IMG/VR virus record: IMGVR_UViG_3300037755_000457
Coordinates: 1-31,211 of that record
Origin: a virus
Lineage: Duplodnaviria; Caudoviricetes
Length of the DNA: 31,211 nt
Direction: 5' to 3' (one strand)
This document shows, piece after piece, positions 25,216 through 31,211 of the stretch (position 1 is the first letter of the stretch; each line of letters opens with the position of its first letter). The notes beneath the pieces were generated by a model. It saw only the letters and a list, made by a program, of their open reading frames with translations, was not told the origin of the DNA and made no database searches. The position numbers were made by a program, and so were the translations under genes.

Positions 25216-25730
25216 CCCTCTCCCGCCGCGAGCGCCGCCGGCATCCTCGTGTCCCCGTGGGCTCCCCTCCGTGGGAGGTCCGGGTGGGCGAGCGGACGGC
25301 GGTGTGCTCGACGCGGGTGGAGGCGGTCCTCGCATGGTGCGTGATGAAGCTGCGGGAGCGGCCTCTCCTGCGGCGTCGTGGGGGCCGGGGCCGGCGCCCC
25401 GTTCAGTCGTGCGGCGAGGGAGGGGCCGGCACGGCAGCAGTTGGTTCCACTGCGGCAGGCGCTCACCGTGGCGCGGCGTCGATCCCTGACGCTGTCCCCG
25501 CCCGAGCGTTGTCCACCGATCCAAGCAGCTCATCCCATAGCCCCCATCGGCCCGCCTCATTCGCCGCCGAACGGGAGCGTCTGCCGGAGCGGAACCGACT
25601 TCACCGACCCCGCCGCGTCTCGGAATCCGCCGAGGGGGGCGCAGTACTCACCGGGACACTCGACCCGTCCAGACGCGACCCCCGGTGCTCTTTCGGGGCC
25701 CCTGAGCCCGGCCAGGGGCATTGGTCCTAG
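25212..25730 (+). CDS. Hypothetical protein (only the N-terminal ~60 aa looks protein-like)
   Basis: GTGA-coupled with GGAGG RBS; the 3' part is low-complexity and hairpin-rich. Confidence 0.35.
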   Translation: MTLSRRERRRHPRVPVGSPPWEVRVGERTAVCSTRVEAVLAWCVMKLRERPLLRRRGGRGRRPVQSCGEGGAGTAAVGSTAAGAHRGAASIPDAVPARALSTDPSSSSHSPHRPASFAAERERLPERNRLHRPRRVSESAEGGAVLTGTLDPSRRDPRCSFGAPEPGQGHWS

Positions 25731-25794
25731 ACCCGCCTAACGAGTTGCGCCCCGCCGGGAGCGAACCGACGAGGCGCGGAGGAGGAGAAATCCG

Positions 25795-26106
25795 ATGCGA
25801 GATCAGGATACCACACCCGATACGGTGACGATGGCCGGCTACATCGAGGCGGACGGCCCCTACTCGGACCGGCTGGCGCTGTCGGATCTGGCCACCCTGG
25901 TCGGCCGGCTAGCCTCGGCCCTGCGGTCGCGCCTGGAGGAGGACCTCGAGATGCCGACGGTCAACCGCCGCGACCACCGACGCGACGCCGGGGACCTCTC
26001 TGTCGACGCGCACCGGCTTGCCGGTCACCTGCGGCGGGATGAGCGGGCGCTGGTCGCCGTCGAGAGGGAGCGCGTGCGGACGGAGGAGGAGGCGCTCGGT
26101 GCCTGA
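25795..26106 (+). CDS. Hypothetical protein
   Basis: Strong RBS GGAGGAGGAG; helical 103 aa. Confidence 0.7.
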   Translation: MRDQDTTPDTVTMAGYIEADGPYSDRLALSDLATLVGRLASALRSRLEEDLEMPTVNRRDHRRDAGDLSVDAHRLAGHLRRDERALVAVERERVRTEEEALGA

Positions 26107-26560
26107 CCCCTACACCACCGCCGACGTCTACCGCCTCCTCTACGAGTCCCGCACCCTGGACCTCGACGCCAACATCGACACCGACTGTCTGTGCCGCGAG
26201 GCGGCGATCCGCCACGAGTCAGCAGCGGGCCGCGTCGAGTACGGGCAGGCCGACATCTCCGGCTGGTCGTGCCGCGAGCCGGAGCGCTTCTACCGCCCGG
26301 ATGGCTCGGTGGGCGCGATCCTCAACTGTCGCTCGTCCGACAGCGTGTACGTCACCCTGACCGACGCCGGGTTCACCGGCGCGGACCTCGACGCGGAGCT
26401 GCTGCGCCGCCTCGACGCTGCCGCCGCCAGGGAGTGCCCGCAGTTCGACGGCGGCCCCACCGTCCGCCTCATGGACGCCACGCTGCGCCTGCTGAAGTCC
26501 GGCCTGAGCCGCGAAGAGGTGGCGCAGGTGCGGCAGGACATCGTGGAGGCCGAGCGGTGA
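26099..26560 (+). CDS. Hypothetical protein
   Basis: GTG 26099 with GGAGG RBS; high GC3 codons; MPDPYTTADVYRLL... Confidence 0.7.
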   Translation: MPDPYTTADVYRLLYESRTLDLDANIDTDCLCREAAIRHESAAGRVEYGQADISGWSCREPERFYRPDGSVGAILNCRSSDSVYVTLTDAGFTGADLDAELLRRLDAAAARECPQFDGGPTVRLMDATLRLLKSGLSREEVAQVRQDIVEAER

Positions 26561-27456
26561 CCGCCGGACGGAAGCGGTCGCGCTGGTGGGCGAGTGACTG
26601 GCGAGACCACGAGTTGTGGTCGCCGGGGTTGATCCACGGCCCGGACGTGGTGCCGATGGCCGCCTACCACGCCGCGCCGGGGATCTCCAAGAGCGGTCTC
26701 GACCTCGCCGCCCGGACGGTGGACAAACTGCTCTGCCCGCCTCCGCGACCGGAGTCTCCGCCCGATCACTTCGCCTTCGGGTCGGCGGTCAACGACGCCA
26801 TCCTCATGCCGGACGAGTTCGTCCGTCGCTACCGTCGAGCCCCGGAGTGCGGCAAGCGGAGCAAGGCCGAGAAGGAGGCATGGGGCGAGGCGCAGGAGGA
26901 GGCGAGGGCCGAGGGCGCCGTCCTGATCCCGACCGACCTCTACCAGGCCGCGCTCGAGTGGCGCGACGCAGCCTACTCGCACCCCAAGCTCCGGTCCATC
27001 CTCGACGGCGCCAAGCGTCGCGAGGTGACGGTGGTGTGGGAGGACGAGACGGGCCTGCTGTGCCGGTGCCGCCCCGACATCCTCACCGACAGCGGCAACG
27101 TCATCGACATCAAGAGCGCCCGCAACGGCGAGTGGGGGGCCTTCCGTGCGGCGGTCTTCGGCTGCCGCTACTACCTGTCGGCAGCCTTCACCGCAACCGG
27201 TGTCGAGAGGGTGACCGGACACGCCCCTGGCTACGTCTTCGCCGTCCTTGACAAGGGTCTGCGGCCGGCGCCGGAGTCGATCGCCTTCTATCAACTGGAC
27301 GAGGACTTCCGGCTGCGCGGCCTAGACGAAGCCCGGCGCGACCTCGAGCGGCTGGCCGGCTACCTATCGGCCGCCGATCGCGGCGACGCTCTCGCCTGGG
27401 CCGGATACCCGCAGGACATCCAATTGATCTCGTATTCGAGAGGAGCTTCAGCATGA
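26557..27456 (+). CDS. RecE/exonuclease VIII-like PD-(D/E)XK nuclease (DUF3799-type)
   Basis: YHAAPGISKSGLD, FGSAV, EVTVVWED..GLLCRCRPD, IDIKS; GTGA-coupled start. Confidence 0.88.
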   Translation: MTAGRKRSRWWASDWRDHELWSPGLIHGPDVVPMAAYHAAPGISKSGLDLAARTVDKLLCPPPRPESPPDHFAFGSAVNDAILMPDEFVRRYRRAPECGKRSKAEKEAWGEAQEEARAEGAVLIPTDLYQAALEWRDAAYSHPKLRSILDGAKRREVTVVWEDETGLLCRCRPDILTDSGNVIDIKSARNGEWGAFRAAVFGCRYYLSAAFTATGVERVTGHAPGYVFAVLDKGLRPAPESIAFYQLDEDFRLRGLDEARRDLERLAGYLSAADRGDALAWAGYPQDIQLISYSRGASA

Positions 27457-28529
27457 CCGCCGAACCAGTGACCGCCATCGCCCGCCGCGGCGAGGAGATC
27501 GAAGACTCCGGACTCGTCACCACCAGCGCCACCGGCGCCGAACTTTCGACCGCCGCCGACTCCGCAGCCGTCCAGGCCGAGATCCAGTCGGCGCTGGTGC
27601 TCGCCAACCGCTTACCGCGGAACGAGGACGGCGCCTTCCAGTCGCTGATCCGGTCCTGCCGGCGCCCGACCTTCGCCGCCGAGGCCGGCTACAGCTTCCC
27701 TCGCGGCGGATCCAAGGTCACCGGGCCGTCGGTCAACCTCGCCCGCGAGGCGGCCCGCTCCTGGGGCAACATCCGGTACGGCCTGGAGGTCGTCCGAGAC
27801 GACGAGGACAACCGCAAGATCCGCGGCTGGGCCTGGGATCTCCAGACCAACACGAAGGTCACCGCCGAGGACGAGTTCCGCAAGCTGGTACAGCGGAAGC
27901 GCAACAACGGTACGGCGTGGGTCAAGCCGGACGAGCGCGACCTGCGGGAGCTGACGAACCGGCGGGGCGCGATCCTGGTCCGCAACTGCCTGCTCCAGCT
28001 CCTGCCGCGCGACCTGATCGAGGACGCCTACGACACGGCGCAGCAAACCCTCGCCAACGCTGCCGCCAAGGACCCGGACGGAGAGCGCAAGCGCCTGCTC
28101 GCGGCCTTCGACGCCATCAACGTCACGGCGGCCCAGCTCGAGGAGTACCTGGGCCACCCGATCAAGGAGGCGTCACCGGCCGAGCTCGCGGACCTGCGGA
28201 TGGTCTGGAAGTCGATCTCCGACGGCAACTCCACGTGGGACGAGCACGCCCCGCGTCCCTCCGCCCCCGGCAAGGAGATCAAGACCGACGACCTGCTGCC
28301 GCCGGTAAAGACCGAGGCGGCGGAGGTGGACCAGGCCGACAAGCCCCGCCTGTCCGCCGAGGGGGTCGCCCGCATCACGGCCGCCTGTGATTCGGCCGGC
28401 GTCGAGGTGGCTGGCCTCGAGGAGCGACTGCAGGGGCCGCTCGCCCACTGCTTCGCGGCCGAGGAGACGGACGTCATGGCGATGGTCAAGCGGATGGCCG
28501 GGTCGCCGAAGAAGGGCAATCGGTCGTGA
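27453..28529 (+). CDS. Putative single-strand annealing protein/recombinase partner of the exonuclease
   Basis: Coupled to the RecE-like gene; conserved-looking block EIQSALVLANRLPRNE...YSFPRGG..VTGPSVNLARE.AR.WGNI...AWDLQTN. Function inferred from position. Confidence 0.65.
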   Translation: MTAEPVTAIARRGEEIEDSGLVTTSATGAELSTAADSAAVQAEIQSALVLANRLPRNEDGAFQSLIRSCRRPTFAAEAGYSFPRGGSKVTGPSVNLAREAARSWGNIRYGLEVVRDDEDNRKIRGWAWDLQTNTKVTAEDEFRKLVQRKRNNGTAWVKPDERDLRELTNRRGAILVRNCLLQLLPRDLIEDAYDTAQQTLANAAAKDPDGERKRLLAAFDAINVTAAQLEEYLGHPIKEASPAELADLRMVWKSISDGNSTWDEHAPRPSAPGKEIKTDDLLPPVKTEAAEVDQADKPRLSAEGVARITAACDSAGVEVAGLEERLQGPLAHCFAAEETDVMAMVKRMAGSPKKGNRS

Positions 28530-28621
28530 CCCTCGACCTCATGGACTGCGCCCGCCTGCTGGCCGAGGTGGTGGCGCTTCGGATGCCGGAGCCCCCGGTG
28601 CCGATGGAGGTGGACCCGTGA
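28526..28621 (+). CDS. 31-aa hypothetical protein
   Basis: MTLDLMDCARLLAEVVALRMPEPPVPMEVDP; GTGA overlaps at both ends. Confidence 0.5.
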   Translation: MTLDLMDCARLLAEVVALRMPEPPVPMEVDP

Positions 28622-29085
28622 ACACCGACAGCAGATATCGCCTCGCAAGCGCCGTTCGCCGCCTCGCGTCGTCCGCTTCGATGGAGGTGACCCCAGCCGC
28701 GGAGGAGTTCGTCAGCGCCTTCACGGCTGCCGTGATGGACACCGCTCCGGCCGCCCCCGCTCCCCCCGAGGCCACGGAGGGGGAGGCGGCCAACGGCGGC
28801 GCAGCGGAAGCGGAGCCGGTGGCGTGGCGGTACAGACACCGAGAACCGAAGTGGCTGTTGACCGATGACCGTGAGTATGCGGAGTGGATCGCAACGCACG
28901 TCGACTCTGCGGCAGAGCCCCTCTACCTCCACCCCGCCCCTCCCGCCCCCGACCAGGAGGCGGTCGAGGAACTGCGGGAAGCGGCGCGCGGGATGCTCGT
29001 GGTGGACAGCGACTCCGCGAAGGGAGCAGAAGCGCGCAATCGCCTCCGCCGCGCCCTCTCCCGGCTGGAAGGGGGTGGGCGGTGA
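28618..29085 (+). CDS. Hypothetical phage early protein (EPVAW...PLY motif)
   Basis: GGAGG RBS; AEPVAWRY...EPLYLHPAPP motif is common in phage accessory proteins. Confidence 0.7.
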   Translation: MNTDSRYRLASAVRRLASSASMEVTPAAEEFVSAFTAAVMDTAPAAPAPPEATEGEAANGGAAEAEPVAWRYRHREPKWLLTDDREYAEWIATHVDSAAEPLYLHPAPPAPDQEAVEELREAARGMLVVDSDSAKGAEARNRLRRALSRLEGGGR

Positions 29086-29294
29086 CTACTCTCCGCTTCG
29101 GCGCTCTGGCTCCACCTCTTGACGAGCAGTTGGAAGGCTCCGGGATCGACCCGCGCACGGTCGCCCACTTCCAGCGCGACCACGACGCCATCACCCGCCT
29201 CGCCGTTCGCGGACTGCTGAGTGAGCGAGAGAAGGACGCTGCACAATGTCGACTCGCGCGGCGCATCTCCAAAGAGTCGGGGGGTGGAAGTTGA
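29082..29294 (+). CDS. Hypothetical protein
   Basis: GTGA-coupled; MTTLRFGALAPPLDEQL... Confidence 0.65.
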   Translation: MTTLRFGALAPPLDEQLEGSGIDPRTVAHFQRDHDAITRLAVRGLLSEREKDAAQCRLARRISKESGGGS

Positions 29295-29470
29295 CGAAGT
29301 TCTTGGCACTGTTCAACTTCGGCGTCGTGGGCGCCGTGACCGTGGGGATCGCCATGCATGCCTCTGCTGGTCGTTGGGAGTGGGCAGCAGTGTGCGGTTT
29401 CATCGACGGACTGTGCCTCGCCTTCGCGCTGCTCGATTTGGCTGACTACCACCGGAGGCCGCGCCCATGA
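29291..29470 (+). CDS. Small membrane protein
   Basis: TTGA-coupled; two hydrophobic segments. Confidence 0.55.
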   Translation: MTKFLALFNFGVVGAVTVGIAMHASAGRWEWAAVCGFIDGLCLAFALLDLADYHRRPRP

Positions 29471-29805
29471 TCCGCCGCATCCTCGACCGGTGGCGATCCC
29501 GACGCCTGGACCGCGGGCTGACCGCCCCGGTTCCGCCGCCTCCCGAGCCCTACCCGCGTCCCCACCGCGACAGCGTTAGCGAGGGCTTCGCCTGCCGCAT
29601 GCCGGAGCGGCCGTGGGTCAAGGATCGCCACACCGAGCCGCCGTGCGGGCGGGCCAAGTCGCCGGCCGAGCCGACCTGTAGGCGGCAGCTCTGCGTCGAG
29701 TCCTACGCCGCGGATCTCGAGGCGGCACATCGCTCCGAGGCACGGCGCGACGCCAGCGAACCGAAGCGGCCGGCGAAGGTGCTGCCGATGGAGGGGCGTT
29801 GGTGA
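29467..29805 (+). CDS. Hypothetical protein
   Basis: ATGA-coupled with GGAGG RBS; four Cys. Confidence 0.6.
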   Translation: MIRRILDRWRSRRLDRGLTAPVPPPPEPYPRPHRDSVSEGFACRMPERPWVKDRHTEPPCGRAKSPAEPTCRRQLCVESYAADLEAAHRSEARRDASEPKRPAKVLPMEGRW

Positions 29806-30092
29806 GCGAGATCCACGTCAACCGCAGCCGCGTCGATGCCGCCCGCGTCGAGATTCTCGACTGTCCAACATGCGAGAAGAAACGACCTTTCTGGCGCTGG
29901 TTTCAGGAATGGTACGGATGGCACGACACCTGTCTCAACTGCGGCGAATCGTGGCAGGACGGCGAGATGCTGCCGCGACCATTCGCGCCGAGGTGGCGCC
30001 GCGACAGCGTGGACGGAGCCGTCCGCCACATGAGCCGCCTCCTGGCCGCTTACATCCCTCGCGATCCCGCGAGAGAGGAGGGCCGGCGGTGA
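29802..30092 (+). CDS. Zinc-ribbon protein
   Basis: CPTC...CLNC; GTGA-coupled. Confidence 0.7.
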   Translation: MSEIHVNRSRVDAARVEILDCPTCEKKRPFWRWFQEWYGWHDTCLNCGESWQDGEMLPRPFAPRWRRDSVDGAVRHMSRLLAAYIPRDPAREEGRR

Positions 30093-30211
30093 GCTTCGAC
30101 CTGATCGATTGGACCCAGGCCCTCCGCGCGCTGGCCGGGCTGGCAGGATTCTGCGGGTTCGTGCTGGTGCTGGCGATCCTGGGGCGGCGTGACGGAGGGG
30201 AGCAAAGGTGA
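30089..30211 (+). CDS. 40-aa single-TM protein
   Basis: GTGA-coupled with GGAGG RBS; ALAGLAGFCGFVLVLAIL. Confidence 0.55.
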   Translation: MSFDLIDWTQALRALAGLAGFCGFVLVLAILGRRDGGEQR

Positions 30212-30245
30212 CGACGACCGACCATAGGCATTCGAGGGGATAGGT

Positions 30246-31049
30246 GTGTCCGATGGGGTTGTGGAGGGAAGTGGCTATCACACCATCTCGCGGCGCTTCT
30301 ACGAGTCGGACCTCTGGACGGAGCCGCGTGAATTCAGCCGAGCGGAGGCGTTCCTCGACATGATTCAACTGGCCGCCTGGAAGGACCACCACAAGATCGT
30401 CCGCGGTCGCCGCGTAGAGGTCGCCCGCGGCAGCTTCATGGCCTCCGAGCGCTTTCTGCTCCGCCGCTGGGGGTGGGGCAGCCGGGGCAAGGTGCGCCGG
30501 TTCCTCGCCGACTGCGTGTTCGCCGGACGGATCGAACATGATCCGAAAACGAACCGCGTAACACTCTGCAAGTTCGACAGATATCAGCTTCGGCGGACCG
30601 GCGACGGACCAGCCGCGGACCAGCCGCGGACCAAAGAGAAGAAGGGTAAGAAAGAGAAGAAGGTAGAAGCAACCCCAACGCGACCTGCGGTCGCGGTCGC
30701 TCTGGACAGCATTCCAGAGGCGCTGCGGTGCGAGCCGGTGGAAGCGGCCGTTCGGGAGTACGTGACCTATCGCGGCAAGATCGGCCACAAGGCCCTCCCC
30801 GACATCGGCTGGACCAAGCTCTGGAACCGCCTGGAGGGGCTGGCGGTGCAGGGGGTCGTGGCGGCATTCGACCGCTGCATGGGCTCGGGAAACCAGGGAG
30901 TCTTCCCCTCGAACCCCACGCCGAACGCAGCGAACAGGGCCCGCAAGGCGACAACCTACCGCGCCGCCGGCTCCCGCCCCGACGACGCCGAGGACTACCA
31001 CCGCAAGGTGATCCGCTGGCAGCCCGACGAGGAGGCCGAGAGTGCGTGA
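30246..31049 (+). CDS. Phage replication initiator (replisome-organiser type winged-helix N-terminus)
   Basis: GYHTISRRFYESDLW...SRAEAFLDMIQLA...RGSFMASERFL.RRWGW.SRGKVRRFL; internal iterons; followed by a DnaC-like gene. Confidence 0.85.
   Translation: MSDGVVEGSGYHTISRRFYESDLWTEPREFSRAEAFLDMIQLAAWKDHHKIVRGRRVEVARGSFMASERFLLRRWGWGSRGKVRRFLADCVFAGRIEHDPKTNRVTLCKFDRYQLRRTGDGPAADQPRTKEKKGKKEKKVEATPTRPAVAVALDSIPEALRCEPVEAAVREYVTYRGKIGHKALPDIGWTKLWNRLEGLAVQGVVAAFDRCMGSGNQGVFPSNPTPNAANRARKATTYRAAGSRPDDAEDYHRKVIRWQPDEEAESA
30594..30669 (+). repeat. Putative replication origin: four tandem 11-bp iterons plus A/G-rich tract
   Basis: CGGACCGGCGA CGGACCAGCCG CGGACCAGCCG CGGACCAAAGA, then GAAGAAGGGTAAGAAAGAGAAGAAGGTAGAAG, inside the initiator gene as in lambdoid origins. 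Confidence 0.75.
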
Positions 31050-31211
31050 GCTGACCGCCTACGCCGCCCGGGTCACCGCCGCCCACCAGGAGGGGAGAGC
31101 GCTATGCGAGCACTGCTCAGACCGGGGGTGGACGGCCGGTGGCCCGCACGATCCGGTCCGCCCTTGCGACTGCCGCCTACGCCGCCCGTTGGCCGAGCGG
31201 ATGGCCGAGGC
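31042..31211 (+). CDS. 5' end of DnaC/IstB-like helicase loader (partial)
   Basis: GTG 31042: MRELTAYAARVTAAHQEGRALCEHCSDRGW...RPCDC. The CxxCxDxGW...CxC zinc motif after an initiator fits; the ATPase domain is not in the window. Confidence 0.6.
   Translation, partial: MRELTAYAARVTAAHQEGRALCEHCSDRGWTAGGPHDPVRPCDCRLRRPLAERMAE

Larger units (their letters stand above)
1..31211. mobile_element. Tailed phage (Caudoviricetes, siphovirus-like) genome segment or prophage; both ends lie outside the window
   Basis: Contiguous terminase-portal-protease-capsid-neck-tail tube-tape measure-tail tip genes on the minus strand; Cro-RecE-SSAP-initiator genes on the plus strand; no sheath gene; tight start/stop overlaps throughout. 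Confidence 0.97.

Noticed and set aside
25747-25777. tRNA gene or attP tRNA fragment
   Set aside because: Only a T-loop-like hairpin; no D arm, anticodon arm or CCA could be built.
1-31211. CRISPR array, DGR, intron/intein, contractile sheath
   Set aside because: No repeat-spacer array, reverse transcriptase, splicing motif or sheath-sized gene was seen by eye.

Overview
High-GC tailed-phage (prophage or phage contig) DNA throughout; no host housekeeping genes are visible. The left 23 kb is one minus-strand morphogenesis arm of a siphovirus-type phage. It runs terS, terL, a portal fused to a MuF/SPP1-gp7-like domain, HK97 prohead protease, HK97-fold major capsid with an extra domain in the E-loop, neck genes, tail tube, tape measure, and tail-tip/baseplate genes. 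It ends in two distal tail-type genes that both begin with Sec-like signal peptides. A control/accessory island at about 22.95-24.7 kb holds an antitoxin-like gene, a Doc/Fic gene with His->Gln in the catalytic motif, two small genes each broken by a 1-nt insertion, and a small HTH-like gene divergent from a Cro-like XRE gene, with operators and leaderless promoters. The right arm (+ strand) is an early/replication operon: RecE-like exonuclease, putative SSAP, many small ORFs, a replication initiator with internal iterons, and the start of a DnaC-like loader. No integrase, canonical CI, lysis genes, tRNA or CRISPR were seen. All family calls come from motif recognition by eye, not database searches.
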